A DNA stretch of 64,000 bases from Hydrolagus affinis (Eukaryota). The notes under the pieces are model-generated. The model was not told the origin of the DNA. It made no database searches and saw nothing but the letters and a program-made list of their open reading frames with translations. Below are positions 38,564 through 52,150 of the stretch, piece by piece. Positions within the stretch are counted from its first letter, which is position 1. Every line of letters begins with the position of its first letter. The position numbers were made by a program, and so were the translations under genes. Where the stretch lies: contig JAAILG010000141.1 in the NCBI GenBank assembly GCA_012026655.1, positions 62,001-126,000 of the forward strand, in the 5' to 3' direction.

Positions 38564-38806
38564 ATAATAAAATAATAATAATCCTTACATTTATATAGCA
38601 CTTTCCAAGTCTTATCGATGTCTCAAAGCGCTTCACAGAATATAACAACGTCCCAAGGTTGGGACCAGAGCAGGGGGTGGGGAGGGAGAAGAAAAGAGGG
38701 AAGAAAGGGGGGGAAAGAGGTAAAGAGGTAGGGACCAGAGCAGGGGGGTGGAGGGGTCATGGTTGGGGGAAGGAAAGTAGGAAAATTGACTATATTTGTG
38801 GGTGAA
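38564..38806 (-). mobile_element. SINE 3' fragment interrupted by a G-rich insert
   Basis: Tail aataataatccttacatttatatagc...ctcaaagcgcttcacagaatata at 38564-38644; the consensus resumes as aattgactatatttgtgggtgaa near 38784. Confidence 0.75.
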
Positions 38807-39639
38807 TTATCAGGTAACCATTGACTGTTTCCTGGGCATTGGAGTATGAAGAATGTGAAGGAAATGACATTGTGGTGGTGAATCTGATGATCTGGAAGTT
38901 GGGCATCCATTGTTTAGCATGCAAAAAGCAGTCTGGTATTTAGAAGCAAAAGCATTGACCGATAATTATTATATTATAATATCGACAGTTGCAATATTAC
39001 AGATGCCCAATTATCACATTGTTATGGACTCCGATGTAACCAGAAGCTATTTGCATCAAAGTCACAAATTAGTTTATCCTGTATAACAGTACGTCAGTGA
39101 CAATTACATCTTGATCACCATAGACTTTGTGATACTGTGTATGTGCCTCAGATGTATATACATGGAAAAATTATAAATTCCTGAGTGTTATACATTTATA
39201 AACATAAGCTTCCAATGTCATCAAGCTCTGTGTGACCGACTTTCAGCATTATACATTACACAAGGTAGTGAATTTCCCTGAATTTCAATCTAAAAATGTG
39301 GCAATGCCATAGGCCTTTGTCACAAGGTCAATAGTCCTTCAGTTCCTTGTAATAGAAAGGACATCATTATTGTGATTTTAAAAATGTTAGAAAAAAACCT
39401 CATAACCTTAATATGTTTCATAATTATAAATTATGATACATACCCCTCAGTAAATCGAAGACAATAACTGAATTTTAGAGTTTGGATGAAGAATGGAATC
39501 CAGTTTTGCATCTTAGATCATTTGTTTAGCTTGATTGGATTATTACATTGTAATTCACTTAGAGATGCCCATTATCCTTTATGTAACTCATTGCCACCTA
39601 TTAACAGATGCAGATAATACATTGACTTGAAAAGTGGAT

Positions 39640-40110
39640 TTGAAGGGATTTCTAATTGTGGCCAATAATCCATTGCAAAAGGGGACGCAGCAAACAACAT
39701 GCCTCAGTTGTGCTCGTTTATAAATCCAGCTTCATTCAAGGGAGGAAGGCAGCAGAGTTAAAATCCCACAACAATAAATTCCTTATGATTTACAAATAGA
39801 AAAGCAAACATGGTGTGTAGACGTGTAATCACATGGCATGTACACACAGCATTCAAAAAAAGTAAAACCTTCAGTACGACTCATTTAAAATCCCACAAGT
39901 GCCGTGATTTGTGTATGCATTTGGTTTTCTTACTTTCAAACGTAAATAAACCACAATGTATAACGACTTGTGTGCAATTTACTTTTTATTTAAATAAACA
40001 AGCAAATATACTGTAGTTCAATTGATGCTTATCTTGTGGCCGGCTGATTGAGCCTAACTTAAGTCTTTCTGTTGCCTTTGCTTTCATTGCTAAATATCTT
40101 TGTTTATGGT
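39640..40110. promoter_or_regulatory. Candidate Forkhead-rich enhancer
   Basis: Several RYAAAYA sites and a repeated 14-mer ttaaaatcccacaa. Confidence 0.35.
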
Positions 40111-40779
40111 TGGTTGCAACTGTAGCTATTTCTGATATTTCTAGGTCAGCCATGCCCCACTAGAGGTTATACTAAATAAACAGACATGGAGCAGCCAGGA
40201 AGGAGTGGGTTACCAACGCTTAAAGTTTAATTTTCCTTGATTAATCACCATTACTATTCAAACTGACTTTCTGTGTATATACTCAGAACTCCAGCAGCCT
40301 TAAACATGATTGAACCATGCCAGCCATGACAGGGCCTCTAGCCTTTATGCCACTGCCTCTGACTTTCTGTTTGTATTGGGCTTATTAAGGTTTGATCTGC
40401 TGCCACATTAAATGTCTCAGATACCTTAATATAGGCAAGAATTTTGCTTGTGGTCAAATCAAACCAGTCAAGTGCATAATTCGCAGATGCACATCATGCA
40501 GCTGTATTCTGGAGGTTTATATTCAATGCCAGCGTGTGTGAGAACAAAAGAAAAAGCGGGAATAAGGACAAGTAGGGGAAATGGATTTAACTTTGTGAAT
40601 GCCAATGGTTAGATAATAGCATATCAGATTACATGGTTTTCCAACACACTGACTGAATAAACTCTGCGAGTCTCCAAATTCCCGTCATAAATAACATGGG
40701 GAATGGAAATGTGGAATGTTTACAATATCCCCCAATTTTAATGGCCCTCCATGTATTGAAACAATTATTTAGAAAATGA

Positions 40780-41170
40780 GAAGTTATATGCAGTAAAAGG
40801 GCATATAACGTTGAGAGAAAAGTCGCTGTAAACTGTTCATTGTTGAGGGAATGAAGAGTGTACGGAGTATTCGGTACAAAAGGCAGCAGAGAAACAAAGC
40901 ATATGAGCTTCAGCAATATAGTTTGTACAGTGAACAACACAGAGCGCTTAACAATATGATGGCAGGAGGGGGGGGAATTGAGAGACACCAAGCAGAGTAA
41001 ACAATGTAAGGATATTGCCCACAAATACTGTGATGGTATTGTGCTTTTAGGAATATTTTGAAGGCAAGAAGGAAAGAAGTGAAATGTAGAGGTTCTGGAG
41101 GGAAAAACTGAATATTTCTGTAGGTTGAGTGAGTTGCGTCTGAATGAGGGAGTCGCTTGCTCCATTTAAG
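40780..41170 (-). mobile_element. Highly decayed non-LTR reverse-transcriptase fragment
   Basis: The ORF at 40629-41165 has the spacing of an RT C-terminal region (NSLNLQK..F ... YLWAISL ... HHI ... STLY); similarity is weak. Confidence 0.35.
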
Positions 41171-43596
41171 CTCCTGTAATATCAGGAACATTTTAAAAGA
41201 ATTAGTGTTGTTAAAGAACACTAAGAGACCCTCTCTACAGAACACTTGGAGGGTATATGAGTGCGCCATTTTTTATTAGCTCTAAAGTTACATGCTACCC
41301 ATACTCTATTGGGTCGTCTCTGAGCAATTCGAATTTTACTTCAATAGTGTTTGTTCAATGTCAATTGTGTCCCATCTGAAGAATGCAATGAACCCCACAT
41401 TTGGCCTTCAACAACTTAAAGTGGTATCGCCAAATGCATATGCCAAATGGTATCGCCAAGTGAAAATACATTGTCTTGCTCATGTTTGTAAGTACTGTAT
41501 TCATATCATTTTTGCTTTGTTTGCATCATCCATCTTCTTAGTAAAAAAAATGGGGATGTTGCTCAATGTGTTGCATTTATATTTTTATGACAGTGACCTA
41601 GGATTGATGTTCGTTACATGACACCACCGACACACTGCATCAATGTAAATCAGAGACTTCCCCACAACCAAGGCAATGAGAGTGGCATGCTGTGCAACAT
41701 ATTCACAATGTACACAACATCACAAACACACTGCAAAACATCACCTATCGCTTATTGTGTGATGTAGATTTGTCTCGTTCTCTGAGGTCGCAGACCTCGC
41801 CTCACTCCTTTATCCTGTCAGTAAAACTCAGCAGAGTCAGTGGATGTTGAGAACCCAAAAGCAGATCCTTTACTGTACCCGCAGTATATTGTCATTTGCA
41901 GAAAGGTGACAGAACTGTCAGGGAGCAGAGTCCCTTCACAAATCTCTTGCAGATCCCACCTGAGTGGTAGGCTGAGGAACCTCCCTTAGGGACTGGCCAA
42001 ATATCCCAAATGTAGATGGATGTGGGAGGCTAGCTTTGGCAAAGGGAGGAAATTGAGCAAAGGAAATTCTGAGGGAAATTTCAACACAGGTGAAGAAGGT
42101 ATATATCCTCTCAGTAAATTCTGCTGAACCTTAAATGACCAGACAGGAGCTAAGAAGTGAAGATGGGCTATCTAACTATAAAATAAAGAACAAAAATAAA
42201 CGTGAACTATGTTATAATGTGATTCCCTGGGTTGAATACTTCTGAGGACACGTTATAAACAAAGTGTTAACAAACAACAGGTTTGTCAGGTCACTGCATG
42301 CCCACATGCAACACAAGGGAAGGGACATCAGCAGTGGTCCTACAACCTTGTAGTTGGCTGGCTGCATTTTAGCACAGGAAGCTAGCTAGCCAGTGTCAGA
42401 AACTTAGTGCACTATGTTTTTGCTTACAACATTGGTACAGTATATTGGTCACCAGTAATATAAACAAGTGGGGCACTATGCTAGAGGGGCTTGTGGTGGG
42501 GAGTGCTATCGCAGTGGTTCCAATTTACCTGGGAGTGTGTGTTCTGGTAACATTGTTTTTCTTCAGCTTTACTTTCTTGATTTGTAATATCCGTCAAACT
42601 CCCCAATTTTGTTATAGTCATCTCAGCTGTTATCCTATATAGTCCACATCCTTAAAGCACAAATAAATCAAACTAGTTATGGCAAGTGACGTGCAATAAA
42701 ATACTTTTGCTCCATGACCTTTAACTTGTGCAATTCCATATGTATTGCATCATGACACAAAAGACTGTGTTCAACTGATGTTCAAATGTATGGAGCTGTA
42801 ATACAGGATTATAAAAAGGCATGTTTGATGTGCACTCACTTTCATTCTTACGAATTCAAAATGAACATTTTATTGAATTTCCAATTTATAGCGCACACAC
42901 TCAGTGCCAAATACCAGGACAGGAAAAAAATGTTCTTTCCCAGGATATCTATCGTATACGCACTTGGGTTCCCAGATTTTCAGTGAGACCTGAAAAAACT
43001 GACATGAAATGTCTCCACAAAGCAAGCGAGGCAACAGTAAAAGGATTGCTCAGGGGAGGAAAAGAATTAAACAATATTTTTATGAAGAAGTGTTTGACAA
43101 ATATATTTTGCTCACATACAAACATGCAATGAAGTTATATTAAAATGTCTCATTGCATCACTTGAACATGAAGAGTGCGAGTGAATCTCTGCTGTTTCCT
43201 CATAAGCCTTAAAATAAAATTTCTTCATGAAAACAGCGACCCCTTTAGAACTGATGAAAATAAATTAAGAAGTAAGCTTCAGGATCACTTTGCTGGCTGC
43301 ATCTTAACTACAGCACAATGCAATGAGACCTCATTAATTGAGAGCTTGGAAGAATGTATACCTTAGGTGGTAAAATTAATGATGCTCAAGATGGAAGGAT
43401 CTAGGGTTGTGTATCGAGAGATATGGGAACGCAAATGGAAACTGCCATTTTGAAAAAAACACAAGTTGCATTGTGTCTTGTGTGTGAGTGCTTTAATACA
43501 AAAGTGTATTCAGATTTATACATAATGTTGGTTAGGCTGAAGTATTGTGTGTGGTGCTTATCGTAAAGAAAATACATCTATGCCTTAGGCAGGTCT

Positions 43597-43964
43597 TAGC
43601 AGAGGTTCCCAAGAACTGTACCAAGGAAGGTGTTAAAGTTATGAGAGTGGACGGTAAAAAAAATAATCTCGCTGCCTGCTAAATTGATCACTAGGATTAT
43701 CACTCGCAGAATTAAAGAGGCGGTTAGAAGAAACATTTTCATTGAGTGGGCCGTTAGAACAGGGACTGCTTCGTCACAAGAAGCTATTGAGGCTGAGATG
43801 ATAGCATTTAAAAAGAAATTGGATGAACATTTGATGGAAGAACGATCTAAAATGGTACAGGAAAAGAGCAGGGAATTGGCATCAGAGTGGTTGGCTACAG
43901 TGGTTGGCATCAGCATCTGTTTAATGGACCGAATGGATTCCTTCTGGGTTGTAAATTCTACAAT
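43597..43964 (+). mobile_element. CR1-type LINE 3' end (decayed ORF2 C-terminus plus 3' UTR)
   Basis: Translation VRRNIFIEWAVRT...QEAIEAEMIAFKKKLDEHL matches the CR1 ORF2 terminal pattern RxxFFxxRVVxxWNxLPxxxVEAxxxxxFKxxLD; the UTR reads atggaccgaatggattccttctgggttgtaaattcta. Confidence 0.85.
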
Positions 43965-46900
43965 GTAGGCAGTGGAAATTCACCACACTTGGCCCTTGTC
44001 TCCACAATCTGCTCACAATCTCTGAACAATATTTCAGTCAGTAATTTATTAATATGCACCATACAACGGAGCGGGGAGCATTGCTCCTCCCATTGCAAAA
44101 GGAATACCTACATATAAAAGAAATTAAAGGTGTTCATAAAATGAAACGGGAATACAAAATATGGCGTTCCTTTAATTAAGTTGGTGTAGACTCAATTTTA
44201 TGAAGCAGTCCATTGTAAAATACAGAAGACTATAATTCCCCAAACTGTGTTAGATCAAAAGGAATGATATTGGTTGGTTACATAAAACGTTCAATGTGTT
44301 AATTATCACATCATCTAATAATGATATCTCATTGAATGCATTAATGGTGATATTTTTTGAATCCATAGTATGAGGTTTTTTTTTAAAAAGTCAAGCTTAA
44401 CAAATTTAACACAGTGAAGTCCCAGAAAAACTCTCCCATTTGTTTGATTGTGTCCTACAAATAAACCAAAGACTCTTTGGCTGTCACATGTAGCTTTGAT
44501 CTTATGTCAGGGTTATATCATCTTAGCTTTGTCTTATCAGCTGTGGTAAGATGGGTTTCCTCACTTATGTGGTTATAAGATGATAATGTCAGTCAGTGAG
44601 CTTCACACCCTTCCTTGTATTTGTCCAGTCAAGGAAATGTAGGGTTTTCTTGTTGGCATGGACAGTGCGGAAACATCCAGACTGTGAGTACGAGGTTTTG
44701 CATGCAAACAAACCTATATCCTTTTTCCGGCTGACAAGTTCCTTCCTCTATGCTGGGAACAAATTTACTGTTCAATTTTCCTGAGTTATTTAAGCATGCT
44801 CCTTAGAAAATCTCTGGGGAAAAAAAGTTATCTCCTGAAATTAATTCTGTCTTTTCTCATTTTCATGGCAGGCTTTAGATGGAGAGTAAACGTAATTGGT
44901 AATAATTTTGTAGATTGTCCCTGTAAAGAATATATGTTAGGTTTACAAAAAGTGCAATTGACTGAGCATTTAAAATAATTTATTTCCCTCTGCCTTTGTA
45001 AGAAAGATGAGTTTCTTCTCAATATTCAGCAATTTGGAAATCAGCTGCCAAAAAGGAACTTTGTTACATTCTAACTGGATTTTTCAGGAAACTACTTATT
45101 ATAATAATATTAATTAATAATAATAATCCTTGCTAATGATCCCTAATATAGTGCATTATGTCAGGAGGATGACTCAAAGCTTTTCACAGGATTTATTGTA
45201 ATTTTGGTGACTATATTTTGTAAAAACAATACATCCCACAAACAACCAAGACTGATTGTTGACCAGGACAAGACACCAGAAAAAACTCTCTTTTCTTGAG
45301 TAGTGCAAATAGATCTCTAACATCCAACTGAACAGTCTGACAAGACCACAGTTTGATGTGACATCTGGAGTATGGCACCTCTGGCATGCACAAGGTCCTA
45401 ATTTTATTGCATTTGGTGCAGGTTGATAAGAACCATGGTCCTGAGGATCCCAGAGTTGGGCTACCACTGGAGTCTAACCAGCAAAAAATGCAATTTTACA
45501 TTGAGAACACTGCTTGACAAGCTATCCTGCTGCTTGTCCATGTAGGACCATCTTACCCGTTAGTGCTTTAGCTTGCAGGAATAGTTGAGCTGAGTGGGAA
45601 GAGTCCCTGCTCTCAGTGACTGGGACGCTTGCGATATGCCATCCACCTTGATGTTCTTGAGATCCAAGTCTATTGCTGAGCACCAAGCTCACTCAGCACC
45701 ACCTGCTTAATCCAGTTCCTCATGTGAGGGGCCAACTGTGAAGCCAAGTCCATTTCCAGGGTGCTCAGTGACAGGTCAGTGTAGGCAAGAGTCCTCCATC
45801 CCTGCAGCTACTCCTAATTTTATATTGAGTCTGGTTCTGTTAACGTGCATCATCACTCATACAAATGCAATGCACATGCAACACCGCAGCTGAACACAGA
45901 GTGTGGCAGTCTGACTGGGGTCGCTGCTCTCCCACTCTCACACCAGACAATCCAATTTTACAGCAGGGTGTCTGGAAAATATCTCAAATGGAAACTCAAC
46001 ACCAAACATCTGTGTCTTTTTAAAAAAAAGTCTATTTTGTCCACTTTGTTCTTGTGAAATTGGGATGTCGATTGCTCTTGGTGTTACGTTATTGTCTAAG
46101 AGCTAATGAAGCTTCGCAGCATAGAGCTGTGCAGCCTGTTACAGGCTTTGTCTTATTTTACGTCAGCTCCAGCTGACTCCTTGTATGGCGCCAGCACAGG
46201 AGAAACATCCACCAGGGGATCAAAGTCAGGTTACTTGGCAAACTGTGGCAACTCTACTGCCAGGCAGGGGGCAATGAACACAAGCCGGGCCTGCAAGACA
46301 AAACCTCAGTTCCTCACTTTAACATGTTTTATCTCCCTTTGTGAATTTGAAGCCTCCCTCCTCTGTGCTGGATTGTCTCCTCGAGGTAGCAGTTGGCAAT
46401 AAAAAACAAAACTTTATCTTCCGGCAACAATCGACCGCACAGAAACAAGGCCTGCTGTTAACCCAGGTCTCATTCATTTCAAATCCACATCTGCAGCCAA
46501 GAAGTTAAGCTAGTCTGCGGGCAAGAACTGGGTCAATGTGCCACCTTTTTTTGTTGTGGTTTTAGCCAAATGCTTTGTGCTTATTTGCAAATATGCTGGG
46601 GAATTTGAGGGCACCTGTGAACAGAGCAAACGTAACACACATGCGCACATTAAAATTTACCCACCCACAAAGAATTTCAAACGCTGCCACCACTCTTTAA
46701 ATAATAAAAGAGAGCAGTACACGAAAACAATGGTAAGAACCTGCTCGTAGGTTATGAGGTCAACTCATTTGTTGAATATTTATGGTATTCAGCAACTCTC
46801 TGCTGGATATCCTTTATAATGTAGCCTGCTGGGAAAGGAAAGTTAACACCTTCCTCATCTAAAAGCCTTTGTCCGTAATCTCAATGCCATCAAGCAATGA

Positions 46901-48836
46901 AGAACAGCAAGATACTGAATTTATTGCTCAGTTCAAGTTTTAGCCCCAAGTCTATTATGTCTATCTTCTGTTTGGCAATTGAGTCATTTTAATAACATAA
47001 TGGATTTTCTAAACGGTTTCCCTTTGAAAGGGACTTTGCTGGTTTAAAGTGACCAGGCTCCCTTGCCTGCCCAGTCACAGCAAACCATTTTCCGCAGACA
47101 TGCTCTGAAAGTGCTTGTCACGAAACTCTTGCATTCCATCAGCGGTAAACAATCTCAGCATTGCAGACGTGCAAATAAAACCATGCATTGTGTTTCTGCA
47201 AGGTATGGCCTCGGGAACTAATAATGACTCTGTATTTTCCAAACCCAGGTTCAGAAAAGGGATTTGTGTCAAAAGATGTGGCAGCCTGCTGGCTAATGCT
47301 AAAGCTTTCGATGTGAAGTTTGCAGTTTGCTCAGGACTGGATCGATCTGATTTAGTATTTTATGTTTCACATATGTGATAAATATCAATTTGTGGCTAGA
47401 AAAGAAGACTTCTGCCTGGTTAAGAAACTTGAGTTAAATATTGAATAAAATTGGTCTTTGCAGCTCTCTCCCTCAGAGTTGTTACAATAAAAGGCAATAA
47501 AGCCGCAAGCAGGAACTAAAGATATATTTTACCATGTGTAGAAACAAGCAGAGCTACATTAACCCATAATACGAAGACATGGGTGAACTTGCTCTGCAGT
47601 CGTAACTACATAGTTTGTGTTGATCTGATGTGGTTTCTGGGGGATGGCCTTGCGTCAATTTGCTTTGTGTTGGTTTATGTGGTTTAACGATGTCTGGTCT
47701 GACTACAGTTGATATAAGGCCAACCCTAAAATGTCTGACCAATACAAAGGAACGGCTTTCAAAATGCTTGTGTGAAAAAGATTTGGGGCAGTCCAGCAGA
47801 CTTCTCCAGAGGTTTCAAATGTCATTGGAGTACCTGGGGCTCTCCCAGATTTTTAATAACTTTATAAATAAGGCAGTGTTGTCTTCTGGTCAGCTTGGCG
47901 CTCTAGCTGCTTTTGAGTGGACAAACACAGAGCTCTGCTTCGCTTGTGCTGAGCTCAAAGTAAGAGAAATACCGAGCTGGCTGAATAATTCCAGTTTCCA
48001 CGTTTGCGTCACTTGACTGCAAGCAGAAAGTTGAAGAGTGCCTGAAGTTCAATCACCCCACTAACGTTTACTTATCTGGCCTTCAGCATTCAGCTTTGTC
48101 TTGTACAAAAAGCAATTGTTACTCAAATCTCCACCCTTTTTGCTTAGATAATAGGTAGGTAGGAGTAGGTTATAAGAAGAATGTTCAATCAAGAGAATGC
48201 CAAATCTCTCACTGTTGCACTTTGTACCTTTAGTTATTTGCTCCAACTGTTTTAGTTTTTTTTAAAAAAAATTTAGCAGCAAACACTGAAACATCTGATT
48301 TTCCTGAGTATTTCCCTTTGTGCTTTCATTATGATGGCAGAAAACAATTTGAACTATAACATACCTATTATATTACTGATACAAGGACACTACACATCTA
48401 ACTCTTTGTAGTTAGGAGATGTTTCAAAGTAGTATAAAGAAATTATTTGTAAAAAATTTTTGGATTGAATGATACAATAAGTCATATACTGTACAGTACC
48501 TTTTAAGCATGAAGATCTTAGTCTTTTTAAAGTGTGGTACTGTATAGAATTTGTGAAATATGCTACATTATTCCAATGAACTCCTTTAAATACAGTCTAG
48601 CCACCAGACTTTTCAGCACCCTGCAGCTCCCTCATCTGTCCAGTTTTCAGTATTACACAAAGCAAAAATATCCGCTTTTTATAATTTCTTTGCTCACCTT
48701 AACCTGTCAAAATTGTTCGTCAGGTGATGCAATTTCATTATATCCTGAACATTTACGTATAAAAAAAATTACGTATTGTTTGGGAAAAAAAAATTCAGTC
48801 TGAATGTTGTGTGGCTGTGTTATTGTCTCACCCTCT

Positions 48837-49190
48837 AGGCTGACGATCCAGTGCAATTCTGGGGTACAGCTGTTTTGTTGGAGGTGCCATCTCCTTCAGT
48901 TGAGATATTAATCTGAAGTCCATTTTGCCTGTTCAGGTGGACTTCAAAGATCCTGTGGTGCTATGTGAAAAGAGAAGGTAGTTTCTCCTGGTGTCGTTGG
49001 CCAATAATCTCCCAGATAAAATTGGTCACTCACTTCATGGCTGTTGATGGAACATTGCTGTGCATAAATTGGCTGCTGCGTTTGCTTACAAATACACATT
49101 CATTATACTCTACAATAAATCCTGTGAAGTATTTTGAGATGTTTTGACAATGTTGTAAGATATTACATGAAATGCAGGGATTATTATATT
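48837..49190 (+). mobile_element. Older DeuSINE (AmnSINE1/SacSINE1-like Deu domain)
   Basis: Contains Deu-domain hallmarks recalled from consensus: ggaggtgccatc, tcaggtggacttcaaagatcc, tctcctggtgtcgttggccaat and ttgctgtgcataaattggctgctgcgttt, followed by the LINE-type tail. Confidence 0.85.
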
Positions 49191-49811
49191 ATAGGGGTGA
49201 AAAATGTGCTATCCATGGCAATAATAAACAGGGTTAAATAATCACATCACACTGCATTTTCTACCACAAGGACTCTTAGCATAAGTAAAATGTTAAATTT
49301 CATTTTGAAAAAGTTGCAAATGTAATTTTTAGGTTGGATCAATGTAGGCTTTAGAGGAGTAAACATTAGTGACACGTTAGCAGCTGAAGCTGGTTGTTAG
49401 GTCACTGCGGGAGTAGAATGTTTAGCGGGAATGATATCCATAAGGGTTGTACTGCCATCAACTAGATTCTCTTTCTGTCTGTGCTAGACACTGAGGGTTA
49501 CAAACTGCAAAGCATTCTTGTTTTTTGAAACTGAGCATACCACATAAGTCTGAGATTTCAATAGAATAACAGCCAATTGCTTGATAAGTTCACACAAGAT
49601 CCAAGAGAGGTTTGGATGAAGAAGGCTCTTCGTCTCATTGAAGATGTGATTTGCAGCTGGATAGAATTGCCAAAAACAGTGGATAGTTAGCTCGGACCTC
49701 ACTGTAGCTGCAAAATGACAGTTGAGGAAGCAATCACTGTGAACTTCTTCCCGAGCTACTAACAACGTCTTTAGGATTTCCACAAGAGCAAGCCTTCCTT
49801 GCGCATGCTCA

Positions 49812-49845
49812 GCAACAACAACTTGCATTTATATAGCTCCCTTTA
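49812..49845 (-). repeat. (GTT)n-type SINE/LINE tail fragment
   Basis: gcaacaacaacttgcatttatatagctcccttta. Confidence 0.6.
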
Positions 49846-50429
49846 CTTGGCATATCGTATTGGAGGGCTGTACTCGGCATATTTTCCTGGCAAGATGGGT
49901 GAAATTGGGAAGTGGCCCGTGGTGAATGTAGCAAGCATGTCAGACCCTCCACAATGCAGTGCACTGCAGGACCTGTGTAACTTAACTGACTTTTAAACTC
50001 ACAAAATAATAGTTGTTGAGAATCTTTTGACTTTAAACATCACCACAGTATGCAGTTTGGATACTTAAAGGAGAAGGATGGTAGGGTGGGTATTCTGGAG
50101 AGACAAATTCAAATCACTTAAAACACTGTCTTCGTCCAAACAAATCTTGTGAATTTGTGTGACTTGTCAGGTGGACACATGACTCAAATATGGTATCAGT
50201 CACTGGAGTCATTTGCGTTTGTACAAGTAAAAATGATGCTGGAGTTTGGATGTTTCTCTGTACCCAAACTCTTTTTACAAAGCTCTTTGGCCTGGTCCAT
50301 ACCCTAATTCTCTGCGTACATGTCACATAGTAGAAAGGCACAAAGAACATCGAGAGCAATTTGTGATGAATCTCACTTAAATAAAGGAGCACTTCTAAGA
50401 TTTGTGAAAAAAAAGATTCAGATACAATA

Positions 50430-50620
50430 AAAAGGTACGAGGGATTCGAGAAAGGTTGGACTCTCCACATCCAAAGTCCAGAACAAAACTGCCCAAAATA
50501 GAATGAATAGTGACTCGAAGCAGAGAAGACGTCAACACTTAGAGGAGATAATAGGACGGGTATTCTGGAAAGGTGAGATAAAGTGAAGGGTCTTCTTCAA
50601 CCGAAACTTGTGATGTTGTA
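50430..50620 (-). mobile_element. Possible decayed LINE RT fragment
   Basis: Minus strand tacccgtcctattatctcctctaagtgttgac approximates the YRPISLLxVD motif if frameshifts are allowed. Confidence 0.3.
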
Positions 50621-51099
50621 AGGAGAGAAGTAAGGTGTTGTATTGTAACACAATCCAGTAGAACCGAGTAAAAAAGTTGCCCTAAAATGTCATGAACTGT
50701 ATCATCTATTCAAGGTGACGTCTCTCCAATTGCTCCACTGCATGCTTCAATCACACATGGACAACTTTGGTGGCAATGACACCATATACTAAAGCGAAAT
50801 AGTCCCTACAAATGATTGGCAATTTATACTGCATAACAACTGCATGACAAATTGTAGCACAGAGGGTCAGGGGAATAAAAACCTGGCTGATTATTCCAGC
50901 AGCCTGTTTCTAATACGGTATCTCTCTCACTGTGTGTTAGCATTGGCACATATAGCTGTGAAACATCTGTTTATTAAAATTTAGGAGTAATCGTTGGTAG
51001 CAATTAACAAATTCTGCACACAGTACAGTATTAATCCCAGATTCCAATGATGGTGAGAGAGAAAATCATTCTTCAATAGAAAAGAATATTAATAAACCG

Positions 51100-52150
51100 G
51101 TATCCTTTTCAGGATTATAAAATTAATGTCCTTTTTTTTAATCTTAGCAAAGTTTGGGGTAATTAAATATAATCACAGTAGTAATTAACATTTCAGTGTT
51201 TTACTTTGGGACAGGGGACTATAAGCTGATTAAAACATGAAGCACCATCAACTGCTTTAATCTGCCTGGAGTCTTCCTTCCTAGTTTTCTATTCGAGGAT
51301 AAAGCACATTGACATGCTCATTATTGCCATTAGCAGAGAACACAATAATATTTTGCTAAATGGCTTTATTCAAAATTCAACCAAATTCTCCTTTGAGCAT
51401 AAAATGTTCTCCCTTTCTGTTTACCCGCACCAGGCCGTCTCTGGCAGTGGCAATGTTGTGAAGTTGAACACAATAATGTTTGCTTTCCATGGCTATGCAA
51501 TTGACATACATTAATGCCAACTGCTTTTTGCAATTGGATTGCTTGTTTTTTGGGGTTATCCTCCCCATTAATTCGGTTTTAATCTTTCCCAATGTTTTTT
51601 TTCCCCCCAGAAGTCTCCCGTTTATTGTATTTTATTGACCACCAGCAGATATGCTTAATCTTGCAAATCATTATTATTCTGTGGGTTGTATTTTATCTTC
51701 TCGTAATAATGCAGTTATTGGTTTTATTTACTTGGCTTTACAATGAGCCTGTTAAACTCAATACTTTTGTAAACCTATTACTCAGTCCCCTGCAGTAGTT
51801 CCCTTTAACTATCCATCCCTGCATGCTTGATAAGTAAGTCTTTTGGACAGCATGGTGATTACCCATAATGTCTTCTTTTGCATTTTATTTAGTCTATGTT
51901 TTCTGCCGCTAGCATTTGGTTACAATGTTGTTCATTCTGCTCTTGGCTATAGTACTGAATATACGCATAATATAAATTTCCCTCAATCACGTGCCAGCTC
52001 ATTTCTCCCTCAAAACATCTGAAAGGAAAGTTTATTTTTGCAAGCATTTGCATTGAGCTCTTACAAGAGTGACAAGGAAACGTGCCACTGTTACCCAGTC
52101 TCACAAACATGTTTGGCTGAAATTAAGGTCCTCTCTGAATCGTGGAATAT
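51100..52150. promoter_or_regulatory. Candidate long CNE / enhancer block
   Basis: About 1 kb of unique sequence rich in TAATTA/ATTA and ACAAT sites, with a repeated gaacacaataat..ttgct element. Confidence 0.35.

Noticed and set aside
48613-48631. REST/RE1-like ttcagcaccctgcagctcc
   Set aside because: The right half lacks GGACAG and the spacing is wrong.
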